Part shown: positions 48,929-59,430 of the stretch, one piece after another
Numbering within the stretch: the stretch's first letter is position 1
Layout of the letters: each line of letters opens with the position of its first letter
From: Candidatus Micrarchaeum sp.
GTDB lineage: Archaea; Micrarchaeota; Micrarchaeia; CABMEP01
Reading direction: 5' to 3'
DNA: 64,000 nucleotides
Assembly: GCA_020723065.1 (NCBI GenBank)
Contig: DYJP01000005.1
Location: 2,668-66,667 of the forward strand
Translations under genes and position numbers: made by a program
The notes under the pieces: model-generated
Told to the model about the DNA's origin: nothing
The model's database searches: none
What the model saw: the letters and a program-made list of their open reading frames with translations, nothing else

Positions 48929-49329
48929 ATTCTTTTGGTTTTAATTTTAAAATTCTTATTTTTTTATAACCATGGCTGTAGCTGAAGCCAGATCATACAA
49001 ATTAAAAAAAGAAATTTAAAAAAAATACTAAATAGTTAATATTCAGATGGAACCTTCTCCTCATTCAAAAGAATGCTGTGTGAAGAAACAGTTCTTAGAA
49101 CTTAAAAAACATTGCGCGTATCAGATTCATCCCTATATCTTTCCTATCTTATGCTCTTTTGATAATCCGTTGACCACTCTTGTCTAATATGAATTTAAAC
49201 TGATGTTGTTTTAATGCAATATTCTTATTTCATCGTTCTCTTTTAAGGCTGATAGGATTAATCATCAAAAAGAGCGATCTTCAAGAATGGCACTTGCTTA
49301 AATCACTCCTGATCCTCCATGTTTTTTTC

Positions 49330-49752
49330 CTAGTCAAATGAATGCGTCCATCTTTTTAACATATTGGATATCTGCTGTTCCTGGGTTACAAATTCCTGAA
49401 CGTTATGGTAAAAATTCGATTCGATTATAAGCTCTCCAGTCTCATCAAATAACTTAAGGTATTCCTGGCCGTCTTTTCTCAGAACATACTGCCAACCAAG
49501 CTCCTTGCTTTTTATTTTATAGAGGAACGAATCGATCTCTTTCTTCATTTTCAGAATCGCATCTGAATTCGATGTCAACGCTTTTTCTGTCCTGAGACAC
49601 GCAGGCACCTCTCTCCTTATATAGAACTCAGCAACTTTCTGAAACTTTTCCTCTAATAGGATTGACTCACGAGTCTTCTTAAATCTCTCTTGAAATTCAT
49701 TCCGTATAAATTTCCTTGTTGTTTCTACAACCTTTGAATTTAACTCTTCCAT
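49330..49752 (-). CDS. Hypothetical protein
   Basis: 140-aa ORF with no motifs. Confidence 0.35.
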   Translation of the reverse strand: MEELNSKVVETTRKFIRNEFQERFKKTRESILLEEKFQKVAEFYIRREVPACLRTEKALTSNSDAILKMKKEIDSFLYKIKSKELGWQYVLRKDGQEYLKLFDETGELIIESNFYHNVQEFVTQEQQISNMLKRWTHSFD

Positions 49753-50051
49753 AGCATCACCTTTATTAATAATATTAATTTCGAATTAAATGAAATTCCA
49801 TAATCCAACTAACAAGGTATTACGCACTCACTGACAAAATAAGTAAACAAAACTAGTATATATACTTTTTCTTTTACATTTGATATTCAGAAAAGGACAA
49901 TAAACAGAGTGAGTATTGAGAATAAGTATTGATTTAATTATTACCAAATAGTAAATTAGACATTATAACAATTGGAATAGATCTAATCTACAAAATTGTT
50001 TAATCCGCCAACTGAAGACAGCGGTATTCTTGTACCAGATAATAAAAAAGA

Positions 50052-50642
50052 TTACTTGGCGAATGTCTCCTTGATCTCGAGCTTTCTTATCTCGATTCTC
50101 TTGATAGGAGCTATCTTTTTGATCGGTGCAATCAAGGACTGTCCGTATCTCTTGAAGAGGACTTCTCTGAGGAGATCGTCCTGATTCGTCTTTGCAGCCT
50201 TCTCCTTGATTTCCTTCCTTATTATCGTCCTGATGTTGGATTCTGCGTCCCTTGCAATCTTTCCTGCAGTATAGACGATCGGCTTGATCCTTACCTGATG
50301 TCCGTCCGCAGTCGTCACGTCTATAACATCGTCGATAAGCGTCCTTCTCCTCCTTATGAATGTCTTCACGTAGCTAGGAAGCTGCTCGAATCCTATGAAC
50401 TTTGTCGTCGCATTTTTGCCCTTGACATCTACTATCCTGAGCTTGACTGCGGTGTAGGCCTGGGAGAAGTCTCCTGTGAGCTCGTCCAATCCGACCTTAA
50501 CCACTCTGTTAACGAGGTTCTTGCTATCCGAGGATATTACCTCTCCAATAACCTTGGAATCGAATATCGAAGGAGCAACTACCTCGAACCATTGCTTTGT
50601 CTTCCATGTGTCAACTACTTTTTTCACCAAAATAATCACCAA
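50052..50642 (-). CDS. rps3ae: Ribosomal protein eS1 (S3Ae)
   Basis: KKVVDTWKTKQWFEVVAP N-terminus typical of S3Ae. Confidence 0.8.
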   Translation of the reverse strand: MVIILVKKVVDTWKTKQWFEVVAPSIFDSKVIGEVISSDSKNLVNRVVKVGLDELTGDFSQAYTAVKLRIVDVKGKNATTKFIGFEQLPSYVKTFIRRRRTLIDDVIDVTTADGHQVRIKPIVYTAGKIARDAESNIRTIIRKEIKEKAAKTNQDDLLREVLFKRYGQSLIAPIKKIAPIKRIEIRKLEIKETFAK

Positions 50643-50655
50643 TTAATGAGCTTCA

Positions 50656-51105
50656 TTACTTGAACTGGATTGCAGCCTTCACTGGATCGTATTTCCATCC
50701 AGACGAAAGTACTCCCTTTTTTGTGTAGTACTTTCCAAGCCTTCTGATTTTGGATTCTATAGACTGCAACTTTACTCTTGTATGAAGATCGGACTTGTTC
50801 TTGTCGAGATGAGCCCGTACCCTGACTGCCTTCTTCATTAGGTTGGCAAGATTCTCCGGAAACTCTGTTTTTCCGGAAACCCCCTGTATTATCTGGACTA
50901 CAGACTTTCCTGTCGCACCCTTGACGCTTCCAATCGCATGCTGGTCTCTGAGAATATGACCTATGACAGACGGAGCAGTCCCTGACCTGTAAAGTTCGAT
51001 GACAAGCTTCTCAATTTCGTCCTTGCTTATCTCGGATGGGGTAGATCCTCCCTTGAATTTTCTTGAACCTGATTTTCCTTTTTTCTTCGTGTGCAGTTTT
51101 GCCAT
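50656..51105 (-). CDS. rps15: Ribosomal protein uS15 (S15P/S13e)
   Basis: MAKLHTKKKGKSGS N-terminus and a C-terminal S15 domain. Confidence 0.8.
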   Translation of the reverse strand: MAKLHTKKKGKSGSRKFKGGSTPSEISKDEIEKLVIELYRSGTAPSVIGHILRDQHAIGSVKGATGKSVVQIIQGVSGKTEFPENLANLMKKAVRVRAHLDKNKSDLHTRVKLQSIESKIRRLGKYYTKKGVLSSGWKYDPVKAAIQFK

Positions 51106-51257
51106 AATATCAACTTGATAAAATTTCGTAAACGAAATTTGTTAACATGACGAGTTGTTTGACCTGATATTAAAACATCAAAAGACGAGCCTGATGTAAT
51201 AAGATAATAATCATAGGTCATCAAAGTTTTTAAATATTATTATAAGCCTGTTCGCAT

Positions 51258-53711
51258 TCATGCCTTGCCCCGCTGTGCTGATTCTTTCGGCTTTTCCGGA
51301 AGAACAACCATATATTCCCCGTACTCGAGCTTCTTAACCGAATGGGAGAACATGAGGTCCTTCTCTATGGATCTGAACTTTTCGTGAACGTGAAGATGAG
51401 TTATCTCGTCCTTCAAAGATAGTCCCGCGTCCTTCTTACTCTTCCAGATTTTTCTGTCCATCTCCTCCAATTCAGAGAATTTGAACTCCTGCTCGACAAT
51501 CTCCTCTGGCTCCGGAAATGCCTCATGATGAATGTTCTTCCCGTAGAGCTGCTTGTAAAGTGAAGCGGTTATGAAAGGAGTAATCGGCGCCATTATCTTC
51601 AAAAGAGTGGACAAAACTTCGTGCAGGGTCCATATAGCGGATGCCTGCTCCTCGTCACTGAACTGACTATTGCTGTTATACGCTCTGTTCTTGGAAACTT
51701 CAATATAATGCGATGCAAAGGATTCCCAGATGAAGTTCCTGATCCTCACCCCTGGATTGTGGAAATCGTAATTCTTGTATCTTACTCTGGAATCCCTGAC
51801 CAAAGAGTATAACTCATTCAGTATCGCTCGATCAAGCGGCATGATCTTAGATGGTTTGGCTACATTTGGAAACATCGAGACATATTTTGCAACATTCCAG
51901 AGCTTGTTGAGCGTCTTTCCTGCGCCTATTATCCTCTCGTTGGAGCACCTGAAGTCCTGTTCGGTTATATTGCCTTCGATCGCCGCCCAGAGTCTGAATG
52001 GCTCCGCGCCGAACTGCTCCAATATCTTCTGTGGGTCTATGACATTACCTACTGACTTCGACATCTTATTTCCTTTCTCATCCACTACATGGTAATTTAT
52101 CCATGCATCCCTGAAGATCTGCTTGTCGGTAAGCAGATAGCATTTCAGTAATGTATAATAAAGCCATGTCCTAATAATCTCCTTTCCTTGCGGCCTCAAG
52201 GTGCACTGCGGATGCTTCCTGAAAAATTCAGGATACCTCTCATAACCATGAATGTAAAGCGGAGTGATGGAAGAGTCAAACCAAGTGTCGAAAACCCTTG
52301 TTTCCCCCTCGAATTCATTGCTTCCACATTTCGGACATTTATCTATCGGCGGACTTTCCTTCCATGGCTGGTAATACTTTCCTTTTGGAGGAACGTACTT
52401 GTAACCGCACTTCTTGCAGTACCACAAGGGAACTTCTGTGGCATAGTATCTTCTTCTGCTTATCGGCCAGTCGATTGAAAGGCTGTTTATCCAATCTATA
52501 AGTATCTTCCTGCTTTCACTGGAAAAGAAATTGAGCGAATTTGCAATTTCCATCATCTTCTCTCTCTGGTCAAGCTGCTTAACGTAGAACTCTTTCATCG
52601 GGATGAACTCTATCGGATCCTTCGACCTTTCGCAGATCGGAGTCCTGTGCATTATCTGCTTCTCTGCCCTGATCTTGTTCTGGACCTTAAGCTCGGAAAC
52701 TATTTTCTCCCTTCCCTTCAAAACAGAAAGTCCGGCTGCAGGGCCTGCATTCTCATTAAGCTTGCCATCTGCACCAATAGAATAAATCGGAGTTAGATTC
52801 ATCTCTCTGAAGAATCGAATATCTGTAAGATCTCCGAACGAGCACATCATAACCAATCCGGATCCCTTCTCGGGATTTGCAAGCGGATGCGCCTTTATCG
52901 GAACCTCCTTGTTGAAGAGAGGTGTAATCGCATGCATTCCCTCAAATTTCTTATACCTCTCATCTTCAGGATTGTAGATCACCATCGCACAACTGCCAAG
53001 CAGCTCTGGCCTAGTAGTTGCAATTATGATCTCTTCCCCGGTTTCCTTCACTGTGAATGCCAAATCGTAAAATTTCGTAGAAATGTCTAGATAATCCACT
53101 TCCGCATCCGCCAGCGTAGTTCTGCAGCCAGGGCAGTAGTTGTTGGTCCTTTCTGATTCATAGATCAGCCCCCGATTCCACATGTCAATAAATGTGGCCT
53201 GGGTCAGCGCCCTATATTCTGGAGAATCGGTCATGTACCCGTCCCCGAGCTTGTTTCCAAATTCCCAAGAAGAAAAGGAAACCCCTGCTTTCAGGAATGA
53301 ATCAGCGGTAGTCGAAGAAGATTCCTCGAGAACCGTCTTGCACATCGAAAGAAACTCTTCCCTTTTGACCTGATTCAGCTTGACCTTGAATTTCTTTTCT
53401 GCAGCCATCTCAATCGGAAGACCATTCCTGTCCAATCCCAGCGGAAAAATAACGTTGTAGCCAATCATCCTGTGGAATCTAGCGAACATATCCATGAGTA
53501 CATAGGTTGTTAGCTGCCCTATGTGTATCGGAGTATTGACATACGGAGGAGGCGTATCTATGGAAAAAAGAGGCTTGTCGGAATCGGGATCAAATTTATA
53601 TGACTTATCGCTCTTCAACTCTTCGTACATAGATTTCTCTAAAGATTTGTCCCAATTCTTTTCAGCAATTGTGACTTGATTAATTGCAATCGGCATTATA
53701 CCACTTGACAT
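51258..53711 (-). CDS. Class Ia aminoacyl-tRNA synthetase of the Val/Leu/Ile family, most likely valine--tRNA ligase. Unusually short at 817 aa.
   Basis: HIGH-type motif PIHIGQ. KMSKSVGNVIDP. CP1 CPGC zinc knuckle. Further CxxC pairs. Confidence 0.65.
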   Translation of the reverse strand: MSSGIMPIAINQVTIAEKNWDKSLEKSMYEELKSDKSYKFDPDSDKPLFSIDTPPPYVNTPIHIGQLTTYVLMDMFARFHRMIGYNVIFPLGLDRNGLPIEMAAEKKFKVKLNQVKREEFLSMCKTVLEESSSTTADSFLKAGVSFSSWEFGNKLGDGYMTDSPEYRALTQATFIDMWNRGLIYESERTNNYCPGCRTTLADAEVDYLDISTKFYDLAFTVKETGEEIIIATTRPELLGSCAMVIYNPEDERYKKFEGMHAITPLFNKEVPIKAHPLANPEKGSGLVMMCSFGDLTDIRFFREMNLTPIYSIGADGKLNENAGPAAGLSVLKGREKIVSELKVQNKIRAEKQIMHRTPICERSKDPIEFIPMKEFYVKQLDQREKMMEIANSLNFFSSESRKILIDWINSLSIDWPISRRRYYATEVPLWYCKKCGYKYVPPKGKYYQPWKESPPIDKCPKCGSNEFEGETRVFDTWFDSSITPLYIHGYERYPEFFRKHPQCTLRPQGKEIIRTWLYYTLLKCYLLTDKQIFRDAWINYHVVDEKGNKMSKSVGNVIDPQKILEQFGAEPFRLWAAIEGNITEQDFRCSNERIIGAGKTLNKLWNVAKYVSMFPNVAKPSKIMPLDRAILNELYSLVRDSRVRYKNYDFHNPGVRIRNFIWESFASHYIEVSKNRAYNSNSQFSDEEQASAIWTLHEVLSTLLKIMAPITPFITASLYKQLYGKNIHHEAFPEPEEIVEQEFKFSELEEMDRKIWKSKKDAGLSLKDEITHLHVHEKFRSIEKDLMFSHSVKKLEYGEYMVVLPEKPKESAQRGKA

Positions 53712-53957
53712 TAACTATATTGTTTCAAAAACACGTCGCAGATAAACTGAAAATTACTGCAAAACATGAATCTGATCAGATGATAAATAATAATACCTTA
53801 AATTTTAATAATTATCCGTAAGAAGACTGAAATTTTTCGAAAAATCCTAACCCCTCCAAAAATACTTTAAAACGAAATATTTATAAATAACTTATGCATT
53901 ATAATTATGTAAAAAATGCGAAAAATTTGTGCGGAGAAACCACAAAAAAGTGTTGAA

Positions 53958-54713
53958 ATGAAAGGAATCTTACTAGACATGGAAGGAGTCATAAGGGACT
54001 CAAAAAATGCTTTCCATCACGCTTACGAAGCTGCTCTTTTGTCCATAGGACTTAAGCTCAAGTCCTATCCTGCTGCAACTTGGAAACTTAGAGGCTTCGC
54101 AGAGCTCAGCCATCAAGAACATTTCCTTAAGGCACTATTCGCAATCACCAAGAACGGAGAAGATGTCTCACGAATCCTATGGAAGAAGTATCCTATGGAA
54201 TACGTGAAGGAGCTTGTGAAGAACAACGGACCCACCAAATCCGAAATGGAAAAGATGGAAGAGGCGTACATGAAGGCGCTCACTCACCCGTCTGTTTTGA
54301 AAAGAATCCCGCCGGTGAGGGCAGGAAAAAAAGGAGCGAAGATGCTCAAGGACGCAGGATTCAAACTTGGAATAGTGACCAATGCAAAGAGAGACTACAA
54401 TATAGCTTGGATGACAGACAGGGAAATCCTCAATATGTTTGAAACGATCATAACTTCCGAAGACGCAGCCGAACCGAAACCAGCACCGGACATGATACTC
54501 AAGGGCTGCGAGAAAATCAAGTCGAAACCGAAGGACACTTATTATCTCGGAGACAGCGAGGCAGACATTATTGCTGCCAAAGCAGCAGGATGCATCCCGA
54601 TCGGAATCGTGTCCGACGCAACCGAAAGAGCGAAACTCAAGCAGCTAGGAGCGGTCGAAGTATACGACTCTGTCACAGACTTCGCACTCCAGATGAAGAA
54701 GGGAAAGTTCTAA
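53958..54713 (+). CDS. HAD-superfamily hydrolase
   Basis: Motif I LLDMEGV (an atypical DxE). Motif IV GDSEADI. Rossmann-like core. Confidence 0.6.
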   Translation: MKGILLDMEGVIRDSKNAFHHAYEAALLSIGLKLKSYPAATWKLRGFAELSHQEHFLKALFAITKNGEDVSRILWKKYPMEYVKELVKNNGPTKSEMEKMEEAYMKALTHPSVLKRIPPVRAGKKGAKMLKDAGFKLGIVTNAKRDYNIAWMTDREILNMFETIITSEDAAEPKPAPDMILKGCEKIKSKPKDTYYLGDSEADIIAAKAAGCIPIGIVSDATERAKLKQLGAVEVYDSVTDFALQMKKGKF

Positions 54714-54879
54714 ACAACTAAACCCTATTTTTCTGATTATTGCATCACACCACCATCAATATTCTTAAACTTTTCCATATATTATATATTATAATTCTAA
54801 TTAAAAATAAGAAAACCTATAGTTTACTTGGCTCAATTTTAATGTTAACTAAATTATAGCTCTATACAGAGGTGTAAAT

Positions 54880-56505
54880 ATGTCAAATGGACAGCAAGTA
54901 GTTTTACCAGAAGGCACTTCCAGAACAATAGGAAGAGATGCGCAGAGAGTAATGATTGCAGTAGGAAGGGCGGTCGGAGAGATCGTCAAGAAGACATTGG
55001 GTCCGAGAGGAAGCGATGTCATGCTTGTTTCCGAATTGGGTGACATTGTCATAACCAATGATGGAGCAACCATTCTTACTGAAATGAATACGGACCACCC
55101 AGCGGCAAAGATTCTTGTTGACGTAGCAAAGACACAGGATAAAGAAGTTGGAGACGGAACAACCACTTCAGTGGTACTTTCAGGAGAGCTCCTCAAGGGA
55201 GCGGAAGACCTCCTTGACAAGGATATACACTCGTCCACCATCCTTAGAGGATACAAGCTTGCTGCGATGAGAACCCTCGCAAAGATAAACGAGATTTCCA
55301 GCAAGGTGACAGTGAATGACAGGAAGACGCTTCAGAACATCGCTGCGATCTCCATGGGTTCAAAATCCGTCGGAGTAGGCGGATCCAAAGACCTGCTCGC
55401 AAAGATAGTGGTCGACGCAGTCATCCAAGTATCCGAACAAAAGAACGGAAAGCTCGTGATAGACCAAGATCTCATCAAGCTAGAGAAGAAAGCTGGAGGG
55501 TCTATAGACGACACCAATCTCATCAATGGAGTCCTAATAGACAAAGAGATTGTCCATCCGGGAATGCCAAAGAAGATTGAGAATGCGAAGATCGCGCTCC
55601 TTGACACCTCGTTGGAGATAGAGAAAACGGAGACCGACGCGAAGATCGAGATCACGGATCCGAACCAGCTCACCGCATTCCTTGACCAGGAAGACAAGAT
55701 GCTCAAGGACATGGTAGACAAGATCGACAAGAGCGGAGCAAACATGCTTTTCTGCCAGAAAGGAATAGATGACGTAGCGCAGCACTACCTCTCAAAGAAG
55801 GGAATAGTGGCAGTAAGAAGAGTGAAGCGCAGCGACATGGAGAAGCTCGCAAGGGCGACCGGAGCAAGGATAGTCACAATACTAAACGACCTTTCACCGA
55901 AGGATCTCGGACACGCCGGAATAATAGAGGAAAAGAAGATCGGCGGAGAGGCTATGATCTTCGTGGAAAAGTGCAAGGACCCGAAGTCAGTAACAATACT
56001 CGTTAGAGCTTCCACAGACCACGTGGTCAACGAGGGAGAAAGAGCGATAAGAGATGGCCTCGGAGCAGTCTCATCTGCAGTCGAAGAAGGCAAATACGTA
56101 TTCGGAGGAGGAGCAAGCGAGATAGAGCTCGCAAGAGACCTCAGGGAGTACGCGAATAAGGTCGGCGGAAGAGAGCAACTCGCGATACTCGCATTCGCAG
56201 ACGCATTGGAAGTGATTCCAAGGACTCTCGCTGAAAGCGCGGGAATGGATGCCATTGACACGTTGGTATCACTGAGATCCAAGCACAACAATAAGGACGG
56301 AATTATATACGGAGTTAACGTAACCGATGCAAAGATAGACAACATGGAGAAAGCCGGGGTAATAGAGCCTGCGAAGGTAAAGGAGCAGGCGATCAAGTCC
56401 GCAAGCGAGGCAGCAGAAATGCTCCTCAGAATAAGCGACATGATAAGCGCAAGGCCGAAGCCAATAGCACCTCAAGGCGGAATGGGAGGAATGGGCGAAT
56501 ACTGA
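54880..56505 (+). CDS. ths: Thermosome subunit (group II chaperonin)
   Basis: GPRGSDVML, ITNDGATIL, VGDGTTT, GGGA motifs. C-terminal GGM repeats. GAGGTG Shine-Dalgarno motif. Confidence 0.9.
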   Translation: MSNGQQVVLPEGTSRTIGRDAQRVMIAVGRAVGEIVKKTLGPRGSDVMLVSELGDIVITNDGATILTEMNTDHPAAKILVDVAKTQDKEVGDGTTTSVVLSGELLKGAEDLLDKDIHSSTILRGYKLAAMRTLAKINEISSKVTVNDRKTLQNIAAISMGSKSVGVGGSKDLLAKIVVDAVIQVSEQKNGKLVIDQDLIKLEKKAGGSIDDTNLINGVLIDKEIVHPGMPKKIENAKIALLDTSLEIEKTETDAKIEITDPNQLTAFLDQEDKMLKDMVDKIDKSGANMLFCQKGIDDVAQHYLSKKGIVAVRRVKRSDMEKLARATGARIVTILNDLSPKDLGHAGIIEEKKIGGEAMIFVEKCKDPKSVTILVRASTDHVVNEGERAIRDGLGAVSSAVEEGKYVFGGGASEIELARDLREYANKVGGREQLAILAFADALEVIPRTLAESAGMDAIDTLVSLRSKHNNKDGIIYGVNVTDAKIDNMEKAGVIEPAKVKEQAIKSASEAAEMLLRISDMISARPKPIAPQGGMGGMGEY

Positions 56506-56510
56506 GCCCA

Positions 56511-56540
56511 TTATTTCTTTTTTTTTTATTTTTATATTTT
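56511..56540 (+). terminator. Oligo-T terminator after the thermosome gene
   Basis: T10 run plus further T tracts directly after the stop codon. Confidence 0.3.
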
Positions 56541-56653
56541 TAATCAGTTTTTGATCAAACTTCAACTTTTATAAAGTCGATTTATTCATTTCCATGAATA
56601 ACCTTTTTTTAATTCAACTCATTTTTAATTTGATTAAATTTTTTATTGAAAGC

Positions 56654-57355
56654 CTATTTCAGCACAGAACCGATGAAATCTTTTCCTTCCAGCGCTTTTT
56701 CCAGACTGTCGAGATTCTTTCCGTTTATTACATAAACTGTAAGTCCCAGTCTCTCGGCTTCCTTTGCTGCGACAGGGTCGAATGGAGCATTGAGTCCTGG
56801 ACTCCACTTGTTCCCCACAATCTGTCGATAGAACTTCCAACTTATCTGCTTCAAGGGCCTTGCGTCCTTGAATTGTTTGGGATTCTTATCGTATATATAA
56901 TCAACGTTCGTGAGGTTTATTATAGTCTTTACACCGTAAGTCTTGGCAAAAAGCACTGCATCGTAATCTGTAGAACAGCCCGGCTTCCACCCTGCTGCCA
57001 CTATGACCTTTTTCCTTCCGAACGAAACCTTCTCATTCGGATTCTTCAACACTCTCTTGTAGGCGATTCCAGAGAATATCGTCCTCAATAGATGACCGTT
57101 CAGCCTGGTGCCGTGTATCCCTATCCAGTCGAGATCCTGGTCAGAAGGCGAGGCGACTTCCCTAGCCGCATCCTGATAATTCCTTACGATCCTTCCTCCA
57201 CCTGAAATAAATATGAATTGTGTTGCCGGTTTCTTTCCGATATACTTCAAAATAAGTTTCCTGAAAGAAGAAAGAAAACCGATATTCAACTTCTCTGGCG
57301 CGATGAGCGATCCGCCAACAGATATTATTACAGATTTTTTGTAATCCTTTGGCAT
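56654..57355 (-). CDS. pyrH: UMP kinase (amino-acid-kinase family)
   Basis: VIISVGGSL and FIFISGGGRIVRNY motifs. Start placed at the ATG at 57355; the track start is a TTG. Confidence 0.65.
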   Translation of the reverse strand: MPKDYKKSVIISVGGSLIAPEKLNIGFLSSFRKLILKYIGKKPATQFIFISGGGRIVRNYQDAAREVASPSDQDLDWIGIHGTRLNGHLLRTIFSGIAYKRVLKNPNEKVSFGRKKVIVAAGWKPGCSTDYDAVLFAKTYGVKTIINLTNVDYIYDKNPKQFKDARPLKQISWKFYRQIVGNKWSPGLNAPFDPVAAKEAERLGLTVYVINGKNLDSLEKALEGKDFIGSVLK

Positions 57356-57410
57356 AATTATATGACTTGATGATAATTTAAAAAGCATGACTTTGCCAAA
57401 ATAAAAATGC

Positions 57411-58622
57411 TTACTTCACTAGCTTGCCTACTGTAGACATTTCCTCGAACTTCATGACCAACTGCTGGCCGTAAAGGGAGACAATAGTCTGGAGATTCTT
57501 GAACCCATGCATGGAATTATGGAGAAGCTCCGACTCTATGTTCTTTGCATACGCATTTCCGATAGTATTGCCTGCAAGATGCATCCTCTCGTTAAACGCG
57601 TAAAGGATTGTCTTCGTTTCCTCTATCGACCCGCCGCTCTTCACATAATCATTTATGAAATCGTCCACCCCTTTGAAAAGATCCCTTTCCTTCTTTAGAT
57701 TGTTCGTAACATACGCAAGGAAAGTCTTTGTACGCTTGACGTGTTCCGGATCTGTCTTGAAAATCTTGAGCGAATCCGAATCAATTATGTTGTCGAGAAT
57801 AAACCTGGCCCTTTCCTTATCATCAACTATAGTACCCATTTTTTTGACAAAATTCGGATTTGAGAAGATGACTTTCACTTCATCCATGCTCTTCAGGCCT
57901 GTGAAGCTCCCAAGCGCAGCTCTCCTTGAGAGTCCCGCAAGGAATTTCCTCTCCTTCATGACTTTGTCCTTTAAATTCTTCTCCCATGCGGCCACTTTCT
58001 TTATCAAACCCGAAAGGTTCCCCGCTAACCTAGGATTAACGTTTTCAATCGACTTGAACCCCTCGATCTTCTTGAGCTTCTTGATATTTTTTATCTGCTT
58101 CATTGGCCCAATACCCATCACGATCATGGATGCTGCCAGCACCCTTGATGAAACAGACATCTGCTCTTCAGTTTCTATACCCTGGTAGAATGCAACTGCA
58201 TTAAGCCCAAGATTCTTAAGCTCTATGAACTCGTTTGCAGACTCGATGTAAGACTGCGCAGCCCTTCCGACTGCGGAATACTGTTTGTAGAAATTCTTCC
58301 TGTCCTGTTCTGTCTTCGCTTCCTTCAATCTGACTCTCAAATCGGAAAACATGGAATGTATCTCCTTGTCGGATACGATTGGGACGCCTGGAATATACTT
58401 GAGCTCTTTGTTTGCCTTCTTCCAGGAATCCTCAGTCTCCTTCATCTTCTGCTCAAGAAGTTTGGAATCCTTGATTGAATAAGTAGGCAATGCCTTTTTA
58501 AAACCTAAATAAGAAGGAAATGGTTTCTTAATCTCTAGATTCTGAACTTGTTTTGGCTTCTGAACTTGTTTTGGCCCAACTTTTGGAACCTGTCTGATTG
58601 CCTTTGTCTCTGAAACCATCAA
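57411..58622 (-). CDS. Hypothetical protein with N-terminal KQVQKP tandem repeat
   Basis: 403-aa ORF. The N-terminus is encoded by an 18-bp direct repeat. Confidence 0.4.
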   Translation of the reverse strand: MMVSETKAIRQVPKVGPKQVQKPKQVQNLEIKKPFPSYLGFKKALPTYSIKDSKLLEQKMKETEDSWKKANKELKYIPGVPIVSDKEIHSMFSDLRVRLKEAKTEQDRKNFYKQYSAVGRAAQSYIESANEFIELKNLGLNAVAFYQGIETEEQMSVSSRVLAASMIVMGIGPMKQIKNIKKLKKIEGFKSIENVNPRLAGNLSGLIKKVAAWEKNLKDKVMKERKFLAGLSRRAALGSFTGLKSMDEVKVIFSNPNFVKKMGTIVDDKERARFILDNIIDSDSLKIFKTDPEHVKRTKTFLAYVTNNLKKERDLFKGVDDFINDYVKSGGSIEETKTILYAFNERMHLAGNTIGNAYAKNIESELLHNSMHGFKNLQTIVSLYGQQLVMKFEEMSTVGKLVK

Positions 58623-58678
58623 TGCACCAAATATAATAAACAGCAGAGTTATTTAAATATTCCCCACCAGAATAAATC

Positions 58679-59098
58679 ATGGAAAATGAAACGAAACTGA
58701 AGGTAAAGGAAATTCTCAATTCAAATGGAGACCTTGAACTCGCTTCAGAACTTGTTTCCAATGCGATAAGAGAGAACCCTTCAGACTACGAAAACTACTA
58801 TCTTTATGGAATGATCTTTTTTCAGAGAAAGGAATTCGCGCTTGCTTCTCTGATGTTCGAAGCCGCGAATGCGATAACCGAGAATGTAGATTCACTTTTC
58901 ATGGCTTCGATCAGCTACCTTCTTCAGGACAAACCTAAGCTGACAAAACTTGCGATAAAGCAGGCATTGTACCTTGACACTCAAAAAACTATGAAAAAGC
59001 TAAGATCGTTTGTTGAAGAAAATTATGCGAATGGCCTAAGCCAAGAAGAAAAATATTTAATGAAAATAAAACTGAAGGCCCTTGAGGAAAGCATCTAA
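58679..59098 (+). CDS. TPR-repeat protein
   Basis: 139 aa with three or four TPR-like helical repeats. Confidence 0.5.
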   Translation: MENETKLKVKEILNSNGDLELASELVSNAIRENPSDYENYYLYGMIFFQRKEFALASLMFEAANAITENVDSLFMASISYLLQDKPKLTKLAIKQALYLDTQKTMKKLRSFVEENYANGLSQEEKYLMKIKLKALEESI

Positions 59099-59430
59099 GC
59101 CTGAAACATTTTGCTGAAAAACAACAGGAACGGAAAGAATAAACGTCCTTTATTGTGCATTGCTTAAAATAAGATTGCGCGTACTGTATATATGGGAGCA
59201 GTACTTCCTTAGAAACAATATTGCAAATATCACATAAAATTCGATTAAATCCTTATTTTAGTCAAAATAAGCTTAAAATAAAAATATACAAAAATTAAGA
59301 ATAGACATGCGTTTCAAATGCAAGCAGAATAAGCAAAGAAACAGATAGAGTTAAAATATTTCAATTCTAATATATAATATAGCAGAAATGCTGCAAAAAT
59401 TCATTTTGACCAGACTTACCAGGTGAAATT

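Noticed and set aside
55785-56441. 218-aa minus-strand ORF, plus other antisense ORFs within the thermosome gene
   Set aside because: Shadow ORFs inside a highly conserved chaperonin gene. Ala/Ser-rich translation of the antisense of a GC-biased codon region.
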